Origin: Bacteroidota bacterium
GTDB lineage: Bacteria > Bacteroidota > Bacteroidia > Palsa-965
DNA: 64,000 bases
NCBI GenBank assembly: GCA_021299855.1
Contig: JAJTEY010000001.1
Location: 29,521 to 93,520, forward strand
Direction of reading: 5' to 3'
Below, piece by piece: positions 29,063 to 39,485 of the stretch. The notes under the pieces were generated by a model, which worked only from the letters and a program-made list of their open reading frames with translations, ran no database searches and was not told the DNA's origin. Position 1 is the stretch's first letter. The number at the start of each line of letters is the position of its first letter. The translations under genes were made by a program, and so were the position numbers.

Positions 29063-29779
29063 TTAAAAATTCAAATAGTAGTCCTTCGTTAACTCTTTGT
29101 ACTCGTCGGTGTACTTGTGTCTCCCGTCTTGTTCTATGATGAGCGTGCTTTCCGAAACCTGCGCTTTGGCGGTTGCCGAGAATTGCATGAGCAAACGCTT
29201 TTCGGCTTTGTCCGGCGTGGTTTTTACTTTCGTCAGGCGCGTAATGAACAAACCATAACGCCCCGCCAATTCCTGGAATGCAATACCTTCTTTGGCGGGC
29301 AATATGACGCAAAACTTGCCCTCTTTGCTTAACAGCAGTGCAGCGCCGCGAATCAATTCTTCATAAGGCAAATACACCGCATGTCGGGCTGCAGTGCGCG
29401 GCGCATCGCCGGCAGGTAATGAATCAACAAAGTATGGAGGATTGCTGACGATTAACTCGTAGCGGTGTTCGGTGCTGTTTTGAAACTCTTGCAGGGATTG
29501 ATGCATGACATGAACGCGCTCCTTCCATGGCGACTGACTCACGTTGAATGCAGCTTCCTCCGCGGCTTCGGCATCAATTTCAATGGCGTCAATTTCAGCA
29601 CCGCTTTTTTGCGCGAGCATTAACGCAATAACGCCTGTGCCGGTACCAATATCCAACGCGCGACGTACACCGTACGTTTTCACCCAGGCACCCAGCAACA
29701 CCGCATCGGTACCCACTTTCATAGCGCAGCGGTCCTGACGAATGATAAACTGTTTAAAAGCAAAGGTGTTGGAGGACAT
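29063..29779 (-). CDS. trmN6: tRNA1(Val) A37 N6-methyltransferase (YfiC/TrmN6 family)
   Basis: F.FKQF, MKVGTDAVLLGAW, LDIGTGTG, VSNPPYF, ARH. Start moved to ATG 29779. Confidence 0.92.
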   Translation of the reverse strand: MSSNTFAFKQFIIRQDRCAMKVGTDAVLLGAWVKTYGVRRALDIGTGTGVIALMLAQKSGAEIDAIEIDAEAAEEAAFNVSQSPWKERVHVMHQSLQEFQNSTEHRYELIVSNPPYFVDSLPAGDAPRTAARHAVYLPYEELIRGAALLLSKEGKFCVILPAKEGIAFQELAGRYGLFITRLTKVKTTPDKAEKRLLMQFSATAKAQVSESTLIIEQDGRHKYTDEYKELTKDYYLNF

Positions 29780-29825
29780 AATGGCACCGTTAATTCGCAA
29801 CGTATGTGTAAGTTACGAAAACTTC

Positions 29826-30380
29826 TTACATGCCGTCATCCTGCGCCGAATCATCGTTCAGGTACAAACCGATTAATCCTTCTGGCGTGTTGACATACAT
29901 TTTCTTTTCGGTGCGATCTACGCGTTGCAAAACGCCATCCGCAAGAGGCACCAATACTTCTTTATAACCGTTTTTAGCAATTACCACAGGCTGCATCAAA
30001 CGATCCATCACTTCACTAATGATACCAACAGGTCCGTATTGTGCATCAATCAGTTCAAAACCGCGCACTTCATGGAAATAAAAATGCTGATCATCCAGTT
30101 GCGGTAAAACACTTAACGGCAACCAGCACGTTGAACCAATGTATTCTTTGGCTGCAAAAAGTTCGTCGATGCCGTCAATTTTAACGGTCAACTGATCCTC
30201 GCGCAAGTGTGTTTTCGCAATGAAGAATGGAGTCAGTGCGCCGTTCACTTCCAGCAATACGGCATCTAATTTGGCGTAGCGTTGCGGATTGTCGGCATCC
30301 AGCTGAATAACGAGTTCTCCCTGAGTTCCAACGGTGCGTTTAACGTACCCGAGAATAAAATGATCTTCCTTTCGAAGCAT
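29826..30380 (-). CDS. rimM: Ribosome maturation factor RimM
   Basis: Follows rpsP; G..GEL, FYFHEV.GF, EVLVP, PEGLI.LY. Confidence 0.93.
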   Translation of the reverse strand: MLRKEDHFILGYVKRTVGTQGELVIQLDADNPQRYAKLDAVLLEVNGALTPFFIAKTHLREDQLTVKIDGIDELFAAKEYIGSTCWLPLSVLPQLDDQHFYFHEVRGFELIDAQYGPVGIISEVMDRLMQPVVIAKNGYKEVLVPLADGVLQRVDRTEKKMYVNTPEGLIGLYLNDDSAQDDGM

Positions 30381-30402
30381 GTGCAAATGTACATGTAATG
30401 GT

Positions 30403-30433
30403 AAAAAAAAAGCCATCCTTGCGGACGGCTTTT
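30403..30433 (-). terminator. Terminator between rpsP and rimM
   Basis: Minus strand AAAGCCGTCC-gcaa-GGATGGCTTT followed by a T run. Confidence 0.85.
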
Positions 30434-30451
30434 GTATGCATAAAGCGGATA

Positions 30452-30973
30452 TTATCCGTTGTTCTCTGTGTTTTCTGCAGTTTCCTCAGCAGGAGCAGCA
30501 GTTTCTTCAGCAACCGGGTTTGCTTTAGCAGCAATCTTAGCAGCTTTAGCTTCTTTAGCAGCAGTTTCAGCTTTCAAACGAGCAGCAGCTTCAGACTTTT
30601 CAGCAGAGCTCAAACGGTCTTTTTTACCTTCGATTTTCGCTGATTTGTCCTCTAACCACTTCGCCAATTTTGCATCAGCTTGTTCCTGAGTCATTGCACC
30701 TTTTGCAACACCACGGTGCAAGTGGTAACGGTACATGATACCGCGGTAAGAAAGGATAGCACGGCACGTATCAGTTGGCTGTGCACCATTTTTCACCCAT
30801 TCAAAAGCGCGATCGAAATCGATATCGATCGTTGCAGGATTCGTGTTCGGATTGTAAGTGCCTATCTTCTCAATAAACTTCCCATCACGTGGGGCACGAC
30901 TGTCCGCTACAACGATGTGGAAGAAAGCATAACCTTTCTTACCGTGGCGCTGTAATCTAATTTTTGCAGGCAT
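30452..30973 (-). CDS. rpsP: 30S ribosomal protein S16 (long Bacteroidota form)
   Basis: KIRLQRHGKK, VADSRAPRDG, GTYNP, GAQPTDT. Confidence 0.98.
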   Translation of the reverse strand: MPAKIRLQRHGKKGYAFFHIVVADSRAPRDGKFIEKIGTYNPNTNPATIDIDFDRAFEWVKNGAQPTDTCRAILSYRGIMYRYHLHRGVAKGAMTQEQADAKLAKWLEDKSAKIEGKKDRLSSAEKSEAAARLKAETAAKEAKAAKIAAKANPVAEETAAPAEETAENTENNG

Positions 30974-31177
30974 TGTCTAATTGTTTTTTGGTTAATAAAT
31001 TGGACGGCAAAAATAGACAAAATCCTGATTACTGCAACATTAGTAACAAAAAAGGTGCGTTTTTCGATCCCGAAATAGGTGAAAATCGCTTAACTACTCA
31101 TCTGCCCCATCAATTTGTAGTATCCGACCCAATGCGAAATGGTTAGTTTTGCCGAAAGTTTAATACTAAAACTTACC

Positions 31178-31909
31178 ATGAAAATCGCCTTAATCGGTTA
31201 CGGGAAAATGGGTAAAACCATTGAAAACATTGCTAATTCCCGCGGCCATGAAATCGTACTGAAAATCACTTCGTCCAATGCCGGCGATTTAAACGTTTCC
31301 AACGTGCAAAAAGCGGATGTGGCGATTGAATTTTCCCGTCCCGATCTGGTACTGAATCACCTCGAAATATGCAGAAATGCGGAAATTCCTGTGGTTTGTG
31401 GCACAACGGGGTGGATAAAAGAATTGGCCAATGAGCAAGAAAAGTTCAACGCAATAGGAGCATTATTTTATGCTTCTAACTTTAGTCTCGGCGTGAATAT
31501 TTTCTTTCAGATTAACAAACAGTTAGCACGAATGATGGCCGCGCACAGTGATTACATCGCCATGATGGAAGAAATTCATCACATACATAAACTCGATTCT
31601 CCGTCGGGAACAGGAATTACGCTGGCGCAAGGCATTATTGGTGAACATCCGAACTACCAAGCCTATCACGATTATCCGAATCAATTGGAAGGCGAAGTTC
31701 CGGAACATACACTGCCTATTGTTTCCAAACGAATTGGTGAAGTGCCGGGAACACATAGCATTCGCTGGGAATCGCCGGTGGACCAAATCACCATTACTCA
31801 CGAAGCTTTCGGCCGACAAGGGTTTGCTTTGGGTGCAGTTATTGCTGCTGAATGGATGAAAGACAAAAAAGGCGTTTACGGAATGGAGGATTTACTCCGC
31901 TTATCCTGA
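31178..31909 (+). CDS. dapB: 4-hydroxy-tetrahydrodipicolinate reductase
   Basis: IGYGKMG, GTTGW, ASNFSLG, EIHHIHKLDSPSGT. Confidence 0.96.
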   Translation: MKIALIGYGKMGKTIENIANSRGHEIVLKITSSNAGDLNVSNVQKADVAIEFSRPDLVLNHLEICRNAEIPVVCGTTGWIKELANEQEKFNAIGALFYASNFSLGVNIFFQINKQLARMMAAHSDYIAMMEEIHHIHKLDSPSGTGITLAQGIIGEHPNYQAYHDYPNQLEGEVPEHTLPIVSKRIGEVPGTHSIRWESPVDQITITHEAFGRQGFALGAVIAAEWMKDKKGVYGMEDLLRLS

Positions 31910-31990
31910 AACCTGCGCGCTTAACCATAATTAACGAAGAATGCACCAAAAACCGCGTATCTTTCCGCACAAATAACAACGTATTTATAC

Positions 31991-33613
31991 ATGAGTTGGT
32001 TTCTTTTATTCAGCATCTTACCCGCACTCGCCGGACTTTATAAAATTTTTGAAAAGGCGGGAATTCCGGGATGGAAAGCGCTGGTTCCTGTGTACAATTT
32101 TGTGGTTTGGATAAAATTGGTGAAAGCCCCGTGGTGGTGGATTTTCCTGGTAATTATCCCTACGGTAGGATTCTTCATGCTAGCGATATTAATCGTGATG
32201 TTGTCCAATCATTTAGGAAAAAGAAAATTCACCGATCACGTTTTTGCGGTGTTGGGCTATTTCATTTGGTTACCGATGAACGGATTTTCCAAAGAAGTAA
32301 AATGGGTTGGACCACCACCCGAAGTGAAGGACAAACCAATGGTGAAAGAATGGGGCGAAGCAATAGTGTTTGCAGTAGTTGCAGCAACATTGATACGTAC
32401 ATTTTTCTTTGAGGCTTTCGTCATTCCGACCTCATCCATGGAAGGTTCGTTGTTAGTAGGCGATTATCTTTTCGTAAGCAAAATGTCGTATGGTCCGAAA
32501 GTGCCGTCAATGCCTCTGACTGTACCGTTTACACACAATACACTTCCGGTAATTGATGATAAAAAATCATATGTGGATTGGGTAGAATTGCCTTATCTGC
32601 GCTTACCGGGTTTTGGAAAAGTAGAACGCAATGATATTGTAGTGTTCAATTTTCCTGAAGGTGATACGGTGTATAAAAGCGCGCGTGATCAAAGTTATTA
32701 TGCTGTAATTCGCAATCAGTCGTTAGAAAGCGGCGTGCCGGAAAGTGAAATTCGCAAACGTTTAATTGATAACGATGAATTATTGGTTCATCCGATCGAT
32801 AAAGAAGACAATTACGTAAAACGCTGTGTGGCTATTGCAGGCGATGAATTTCAGATCATCAACAATCAATTAAAAGTAAATGGTCAACCGGCCTACGAAC
32901 CGAAAGAACTACAATTCAGTTATTTCCTAAGTCAGGCTGTAAATACAGATGAATTGGGCGCAATGGGCATTGAGGCTTATGCAACGATGAACGGTATTAT
33001 TGCGATGTTAAGCAAACGAGAAATTGAGATGCTGATTAAACGTGGCATTAACTGTTTCCCGCTTACCGATAGTGTGCGTGGAAATGCACCTGTTGAACCT
33101 AAAGATTTTGCGTTATTCCCGCATCAACCTCAAAACTTCCGCTGGACACGTGACAATTACGGCCCTGTTCGTGTTCCGAAAAAAGGTGCGACAGTTCAGC
33201 TGACTGTTGATACGTTGCCATTGTACGAGCGCATTATCCGTGTGTACGAAGGAAATACATTGGAAGTGAAAAACGGAGTAATTTTAATTAATGGACAACC
33301 TTCAACTTCGTATACTTTTAAACAAGATTATTATTTTATGATGGGTGATAACCGTCACAATTCGTTGGACTCTCGTTACTGGGGTTTTGTGCCGGAAACG
33401 CACATTGTTGGAAAACCGGTATTCATCTGGAATTCGCGAAGTCAGTATATAGGTTTCCGAACCGAACGAATGATGACGTTGGTGAACAAAGAAGGTTTGT
33501 CCAAATCGTATTTATGGTTTGTACTCTTCGGAATTGCTGCATCAATCGGCTATTCGCAATGGAAAAGTCGCAAGAAGAAAACAGTAAAACCGGGATTGAA
33601 ACCGCGTAAATAA
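31991..33613 (+). CDS. lepB: Signal peptidase I with N-terminal DUF5684-like membrane domain
   Basis: IPTSSME (catalytic Ser), GDYLFVSK, YVKRC (catalytic Lys), GDNRHNSLDSRYWG; N-terminal KIFEKAG..GWKALVPVYN. Confidence 0.93.
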   Translation: MSWFLLFSILPALAGLYKIFEKAGIPGWKALVPVYNFVVWIKLVKAPWWWIFLVIIPTVGFFMLAILIVMLSNHLGKRKFTDHVFAVLGYFIWLPMNGFSKEVKWVGPPPEVKDKPMVKEWGEAIVFAVVAATLIRTFFFEAFVIPTSSMEGSLLVGDYLFVSKMSYGPKVPSMPLTVPFTHNTLPVIDDKKSYVDWVELPYLRLPGFGKVERNDIVVFNFPEGDTVYKSARDQSYYAVIRNQSLESGVPESEIRKRLIDNDELLVHPIDKEDNYVKRCVAIAGDEFQIINNQLKVNGQPAYEPKELQFSYFLSQAVNTDELGAMGIEAYATMNGIIAMLSKREIEMLIKRGINCFPLTDSVRGNAPVEPKDFALFPHQPQNFRWTRDNYGPVRVPKKGATVQLTVDTLPLYERIIRVYEGNTLEVKNGVILINGQPSTSYTFKQDYYFMMGDNRHNSLDSRYWGFVPETHIVGKPVFIWNSRSQYIGFRTERMMTLVNKEGLSKSYLWFVLFGIAASIGYSQWKSRKKKTVKPGLKPRK

Positions 33614-33617
33614 TTCC

Positions 33618-34814
33618 ATGGAAGATCCGCAAGTTCCGGAACTTAATCACGATAACAATCGGGATGATGCAACACGTGAACAACACGAGTTGGATCAGGT
33701 GCAGGATGCTGCGGAAATGAACGAAGTAGTTCCTGTAGTTCCGAAAAAGCGCAAACCCATTTGGAGAGAATGGTTGGAGGCATTGGCATTTGCGTTCATC
33801 GGAGTGCTGATATTAAAAACATTCTTTTTCGAGCCCTTTGCCATTCCTTCCGACAGTATGGAAAAATCCTTGCTGGCAGGAGATTATGTGGTGGTGAACA
33901 AATTGGCATACGGAGCGCGAATTCCGATGACGCCATTAAGTATTCCGTTCTCGCATCAGGATGTATTGGGGCTAAAAGCATATACCACGTGGTTTACGCT
34001 TCCTTACATGCGTGTGCCCGGATACAGCGATGTGAAACGTAATGATATCATCGTATTTAACTTTCCTGCTGAAGAAGAGTTTCCCATTGAAGGACATACT
34101 GCCGAGCATCCGCCGGATCATAAAACTCATTTTATTAAACGTTGTATCGGACTGCCGGGTGATACACTGCAACTCGTGGATGGAGAAGTCATGATCAATG
34201 GGAAAGCCGTTGAAAGTCCGTCCCTGGCTATGTTCGGCTACACCATTAAAATTGACAGTGCGAAACGGGACAGCCTAAATCTGGATCAAATTGGAATGGC
34301 GCGGGAAAGTTATCAGGGACGAAACATGATGATTTCTGTTTCCATGATGAAATTAACAGCAGATAGTATTCGACGATTGCCATTTGTTATTTCGGTTGAT
34401 CGTGAACTTTCCAAATCGGGAGCTCACGATGATCAATTGCATCCGCGAAACGAAATTTTCCCCTGGAATCTGGATCAATACGGACCACTCATTGTTCCGA
34501 AAGAAGGCATGACGGTTTCCTTGCATCCGGATACGTTATCGCTGTATGAGGACATTATTGTAAATTACGAACATCATAAACTGGAAGTCATCGGAGACTC
34601 GGTATATATTGATGATAAGCTCACGAAAAACTATACGTTTACGATGAACTATTATTTCGTTATGGGCGACAATCGTCACTACTCCATGGATTCCAGGTAT
34701 TGGGGCTTTGTGCCGGAAGATCACATCGTAGGAAGAGCGAGTCTGATATTGTTTTCGTACGATAAAAAAGAAGGCGGCGTTCGTTGGGGCCGCATGTTCA
34801 GCGCCATACAATGA
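33618..34814 (+). CDS. lepB: Signal peptidase I, second paralog
   Basis: IPSDSME, FIKRCIGLPGD, GDNRHYSMDSRYWG. Confidence 0.92.
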   Translation: MEDPQVPELNHDNNRDDATREQHELDQVQDAAEMNEVVPVVPKKRKPIWREWLEALAFAFIGVLILKTFFFEPFAIPSDSMEKSLLAGDYVVVNKLAYGARIPMTPLSIPFSHQDVLGLKAYTTWFTLPYMRVPGYSDVKRNDIIVFNFPAEEEFPIEGHTAEHPPDHKTHFIKRCIGLPGDTLQLVDGEVMINGKAVESPSLAMFGYTIKIDSAKRDSLNLDQIGMARESYQGRNMMISVSMMKLTADSIRRLPFVISVDRELSKSGAHDDQLHPRNEIFPWNLDQYGPLIVPKEGMTVSLHPDTLSLYEDIIVNYEHHKLEVIGDSVYIDDKLTKNYTFTMNYYFVMGDNRHYSMDSRYWGFVPEDHIVGRASLILFSYDKKEGGVRWGRMFSAIQ

Positions 34815-35596
34815 ACGAGATCGTCGCACAATTTTCTGACCTGAATTTTATATTGCTCTTGCTGGCTGCATTTGTAGCGGGTTTCATCGATTCCATTGTA
34901 GGCGGCGGCGGACTCATTCAATTGCCCGCATTTTTTCTGGCATTTCCAACGCTTCCCGTAGCAACTGTTTTAGGTTCCAATAAGTTTGCTGCATTTTTAG
35001 GCACATCTGCTGCAACCGTTCAGTATTTGCGTAAAACAGAAGTCAATTATAAAGCCACTTTACCGGCAATAGTAACCGCGCTTATATTTTCAGTTTTGGG
35101 TGCGAAACTGATTTTGTGGTTTGATAAAGAACTCATCAAACCGGTGATTCTTGTATTATTAATTGCGGTTGCGTTGTACACGTTTTTCAGAAAACAAAGC
35201 GGTATAACAACTTCAACACCGCGAATAAAATATGTCATTCCGCTTTCGTTGCTTACAGGAGCGGTGCTGGGTTTGTACGATGGCTTTTTCGGTCCCGGAA
35301 CAGGCACATTTCTAATTATCATTTTCGTTTCCGTGTTTCAACTCAATTTCATGCATGCTGCAGTAAGTGCGAAATTGGTGAATGTGGCAACCAACTTTGC
35401 GGCGCTTGCTCTGTTCATGTACAATGGCGTTATTCGCTTCGACATTGCAATTCCGTTAGCAGTACTTAATATTACAGGATCATTGCTGGGCGCGCGTCTG
35501 GCATTGAAAAAAGGAAGCGAATTCATACGTATTTTGTTCTTAGTCATCGTAACGCTGATGATTCTTCGTTTTGCTTACGACGTATTATTCTCATGA
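34811..35596 (+). CDS. TSUP (TauE/SafE, YfcA-like) transporter
   Basis: AGFIDSIVGGGGLI and YDGFFGPGTG motifs, about 8 TM; start overlaps the lepB stop (ATGA). Confidence 0.9.
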   Translation: MNEIVAQFSDLNFILLLLAAFVAGFIDSIVGGGGLIQLPAFFLAFPTLPVATVLGSNKFAAFLGTSAATVQYLRKTEVNYKATLPAIVTALIFSVLGAKLILWFDKELIKPVILVLLIAVALYTFFRKQSGITTSTPRIKYVIPLSLLTGAVLGLYDGFFGPGTGTFLIIIFVSVFQLNFMHAAVSAKLVNVATNFAALALFMYNGVIRFDIAIPLAVLNITGSLLGARLALKKGSEFIRILFLVIVTLMILRFAYDVLFS

Positions 35597-36207
35597 TTGC
35601 GACAACTCCTCTCCCACTTTGTTATTTGCCGCCGACAATTTGGTTTCGACAGACTCTGCAACAAGAACATGTTGTTGTTGATTTAAATGAAAATTTCATC
35701 AAGCAAACGTGGAGAAATCGCGTTCAAATTGTTGGTGCCAATGGTGTTCAAAATTTGATAATTCCTGTGGTGCATGATCGTGATGCACGCGCTATCGGCA
35801 ACATACGAATTGAATACAAAGACGACTGGCGCCGCCAACACCGTCATGCCATTCAATCCGCATATGCCAATACGCCCTTTTTCGAATATTATAGCGAATC
35901 GCTTTTTGCGTTTTATGAAGGCAACCGCTTCGAGTTGCTAAGCCAATTTAACCTCGCTATAGCTCATTGGTGTTTCAAAATGCTAAAAATACCGGTCAAC
36001 ATTAGTAAAACCGAAGACTTTGTTCCTTATTCAGAAAACGATTTTCGACAGCTTATCTCTCCAAAATCGAATTGGCCTCAGCAGCAGCAATACAAACGAT
36101 ATATCCAACCATTCGAACATAAATTCGGTTTTGTGCCCAATTGCAGCATTATTGATGCACTATTTTGTTGTGGCCCCGAAACAATAAAAAGTTTAAGTTC
36201 GCTGTAA
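35593..36207 (+). CDS. WbqC family protein
   Basis: KQTWRNR, SAYANTPFFEYY, Y.Q.F..KFGF.PN.SIID.LF..GP. Confidence 0.9.
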   Translation: MIATTPLPLCYLPPTIWFRQTLQQEHVVVDLNENFIKQTWRNRVQIVGANGVQNLIIPVVHDRDARAIGNIRIEYKDDWRRQHRHAIQSAYANTPFFEYYSESLFAFYEGNRFELLSQFNLAIAHWCFKMLKIPVNISKTEDFVPYSENDFRQLISPKSNWPQQQQYKRYIQPFEHKFGFVPNCSIIDALFCCGPETIKSLSSL

Positions 36208-36238
36208 CTTTTTGGTACTTCAACCGTCTTTGTGGCGT

Positions 36239-38539
36239 ATGATCCGGACGACCCTGCTATTTATTCTTATTGCGCTGGCTATCACGAGTCAAATAAATGC
36301 GCAACAACTCTTCACCTTAAGCGGCACGGTAGCAGATTCCACAAACGGAGAAAGTCTGCTTGGAGCGGTAGTCTCTGTACAACGAACCGGTAAAGGAATG
36401 GCCACCAACGAATATGGCTTTTATTCGATTAGTTTACCTCCCGGAAATTATAAAGTCGCGGTACAATTTACGGGCTATAAATCCAAGGTTTACGATGTAC
36501 AGCTGAACGGAAACACCACGTTGAACATTAAAATTTCGAACAGCAGTGCACAGATGAAAGAAGTGGTGATTACCGCAGACAAAGACAAGAATGCGGAACA
36601 GATTACGTCTACACAAATGAGTGCCGTGAATATTCCGATCGAAAAAATACGTTACGTACCAACTATCGGCGGGGAAACGGATGTGATCAAGGTAATGCAG
36701 TTAATGCCCGGTGTAAAACGCGGTGGCGAAGGACAGAATACGATGCTCGTGCGTGGCGGTACGGGAGATGATAACTTGATTTTATTGGATGAAGCGGTCG
36801 TTTACAATGTATCTCACTTGTTCGGATTCTTTTCAGTATTCAACAATGATGCACTGAAAGACGTCACGATGATCAAAGGTGGATTTCCGGCGCAATACGG
36901 TGGGCGTTTATCGAGTGTGATGGATATTCGCATGAAAGATGGCGATATGAAAAATTACCACGCTGAAGGCGGTATTGGCTTGTTGTCATCGCATTTAACC
37001 ATTCAAGGTCCTATCATCAAAGACACGTGCAGCTTCATCTTATCCGGACGTCGTTCATACATCGATCGTGTATTCAAGCTAGTAAACGGACAAGATATTC
37101 TACCGTATTACTTTTATGATGCAACACTAAAAGTGAATTATATCCTGAACGATAAGAATCGTTTTTATGTGAGTGCTTACACCGGTGATGATGTTTTATC
37201 ACCACCCAAAACAGAAGAAGGATTATTTGAGGGAGGATTTCGCTTAGGGAATTTCACTACTACAGCCCGCTGGAACCACCTGCACAGTCAAAAACTATTT
37301 TCCAACTTATCTCTTATACATACCCGCTTTCGTTACGATGTGGAAGCGAATATTCCCGGCAATTCTTTTTTGGCAAAATCACGTATTGCTGATTACGGTG
37401 TGAAATATGACTTCAGTTATTTTAGAAATCCTGATAGTAAAATTCGTTTCGGATTTATGGGCACCCTTCACGGTTTCCGCCCAAATGTTGTCAATACAGC
37501 CGGTGAAATTTCCGAGTTTATTCGTTCGCGCGAAGGGCAACTCATGCTCAATTTTGAAACCGGCGTGTACATTCAGCACGATCATCAGATTACGGAACGC
37601 TGGAATTTGGCATATGGCTTTCGACAGTCGTTTCTAATTGCGAAAGGAGCAACATACACCTCACCGGAACCTCGTCTTGCGGCGACATTCATTATTGATG
37701 AGAAGAATTCCATTAAAGCCAGTTATGCACGCATGACACAATATGTGCATTTGGTTTCCAGTTCGGCTATTGCATTACCTACCGACTTATGGTATCCGGT
37801 CACTAAACGAACTAAGCCATTACATTCTAATCAAGTTGCGGTTGGATTCAATCACAATTTTCCAAAAGCAAAAACCATTGTAACCATTGAAGGTTATTAC
37901 AAGCACATGCGTAACTTAATTGAATATCGGGAAGGTGCTGTTTTAGTTTTAAATGATAATTACGAGGATGAATTGGTTGCGGGAACCGGACAGAGTTACG
38001 GCACTGAGTTGTTCATTCACAAAACTGATGGGCGCATCACAGGATGGATTGGCTATACACTTGCCTGGACTACACGTCAGTTTGACGAGTTAAACGGAGG
38101 AAAGCCTTTTTATGCGCGTTATGATCGTCGTCACGATTTGAGTATTGTAGCAACCGGAGAAATTACCAAGCGTTTCTTAGTATCGGCGGTTTGGGTGTAT
38201 TCCACCGGGCAACGATTTACACCTGTCATCGGATATTTTGCAATGCCCAATTCTTCAAACACAAACATTAACACACTTCCGATTTATGGGGAACGTAATG
38301 GCACTGTTTTACCATCCGCGCATCGTCTCGACATCAGCTTCATCATTAAATCAAAAGATCAAACTACTCGTAAATGGCTGAAATGGCAAGGTGAATGGAG
38401 CTTTGGATTCTACAATTTCTACAATCGTGCGCAGCCGTATCGTATTGAAGTTGTTCAAACCGACTCCGGTAATTTTAAATATGTTTCACGCGGGCTTTTT
38501 GGAACAATTCCATTTTTCGCCTACACTTTCAGATATTAA
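36239..38539 (+). CDS. TonB-dependent receptor with N-terminal carboxypeptidase-regulatory-like domain
   Basis: GE.L.GA...TNEYGFYS, plug VRGG..D.NL.LLD, KGGFPAQYGGRLSS, aromatic C-terminus. Confidence 0.92.
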   Translation: MIRTTLLFILIALAITSQINAQQLFTLSGTVADSTNGESLLGAVVSVQRTGKGMATNEYGFYSISLPPGNYKVAVQFTGYKSKVYDVQLNGNTTLNIKISNSSAQMKEVVITADKDKNAEQITSTQMSAVNIPIEKIRYVPTIGGETDVIKVMQLMPGVKRGGEGQNTMLVRGGTGDDNLILLDEAVVYNVSHLFGFFSVFNNDALKDVTMIKGGFPAQYGGRLSSVMDIRMKDGDMKNYHAEGGIGLLSSHLTIQGPIIKDTCSFILSGRRSYIDRVFKLVNGQDILPYYFYDATLKVNYILNDKNRFYVSAYTGDDVLSPPKTEEGLFEGGFRLGNFTTTARWNHLHSQKLFSNLSLIHTRFRYDVEANIPGNSFLAKSRIADYGVKYDFSYFRNPDSKIRFGFMGTLHGFRPNVVNTAGEISEFIRSREGQLMLNFETGVYIQHDHQITERWNLAYGFRQSFLIAKGATYTSPEPRLAATFIIDEKNSIKASYARMTQYVHLVSSSAIALPTDLWYPVTKRTKPLHSNQVAVGFNHNFPKAKTIVTIEGYYKHMRNLIEYREGAVLVLNDNYEDELVAGTGQSYGTELFIHKTDGRITGWIGYTLAWTTRQFDELNGGKPFYARYDRRHDLSIVATGEITKRFLVSAVWVYSTGQRFTPVIGYFAMPNSSNTNINTLPIYGERNGTVLPSAHRLDISFIIKSKDQTTRKWLKWQGEWSFGFYNFYNRAQPYRIEVVQTDSGNFKYVSRGLFGTIPFFAYTFRY

Positions 38540-38542
38540 ACT

Positions 38543-39415
38543 ATGAAATATGTATACTATTTCTTTATCACTTTAAGCTGCACCATCACTGCGTGCTTAC
38601 CTCCACCGATTGATGTGGATGTGGAACCTGCTCCTCCTCGCTTGTGCATTGCTTCCCAAGTATTCGGCAATAGTGGAATTTTAGTGGGCCTTACACGCAG
38701 CTATAGTCCTTTGGAAGGTTCTGTTAATGATGACAGTACCGGGCAAGATTTACTCGAACGTTTGCTGGTAGAAAATGCAGTTGTTACAGTTGATTATAGC
38801 GGAGGAACAGATACTTTATATCAAATTGCCCCGGGTATTTATACCAGTATCGTAACTACATTAAATGCCGGTGAAACATACACGATTCGTGCTTATGATC
38901 CCGCCTATAATTTGAACGTTTGGGCAGCTACAACAATGCAGTCGCAAATGGAATTTGATACGTTATATCCGGTAATTACAAGAGGTACTCAGGATACAAT
39001 AGTTAGCTTTAAGTTTAAACTTCTTGATAATGTCAATTCAAACAATTACTACGTTGTAAACTTCGTTAAGAAAGTTCAGGGAGATAGTACGTTTGACATT
39101 AACAACATCTTTGCAGCCGGATCTAATGAAGTTCTGACCGAATTTGAATTGTACGATGACCGTTCGTTTGAAAACGGCGTCCTGAATAAAGAAATTCGTA
39201 TATTCTCTGCTCATCACACGGATACCGTAGCAGTAGTCGTTTCTGAAATTACACAAGGTTACTACGAATTTCTGACGGCGTTTAAGCGTTCTAGTTCCGT
39301 GTTCAATCAGCTTACCGGGGAACCGATTAATTATCCGTCAAATGTCAACGGAGGACACGGTTATTTCACGATGCACCGCATGAATGCAACCGTTTTCGAT
39401 CTGAATCAATACTAA
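38543..39415 (+). CDS. DUF4249 family lipoprotein
   Basis: Lipobox ITAC, EP...PSNV.GG.GYF C-terminus, directly after a TonB-dependent receptor. Confidence 0.8.
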   Translation: MKYVYYFFITLSCTITACLPPPIDVDVEPAPPRLCIASQVFGNSGILVGLTRSYSPLEGSVNDDSTGQDLLERLLVENAVVTVDYSGGTDTLYQIAPGIYTSIVTTLNAGETYTIRAYDPAYNLNVWAATTMQSQMEFDTLYPVITRGTQDTIVSFKFKLLDNVNSNNYYVVNFVKKVQGDSTFDINNIFAAGSNEVLTEFELYDDRSFENGVLNKEIRIFSAHHTDTVAVVVSEITQGYYEFLTAFKRSSSVFNQLTGEPINYPSNVNGGHGYFTMHRMNATVFDLNQY

Positions 39416-39485
39416 AAGAAACCGATTCAATTCTTGCATCTTCGCTCGGGATAGTCGATTATTGTAATACACTAATTCTCTATCC

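Noticed and set aside
30452..30700. Ala/Lys/Glu-rich C-terminal extension of S16 as a novelty
   Set aside because: Long S16 proteins are normal in Bacteroidota.
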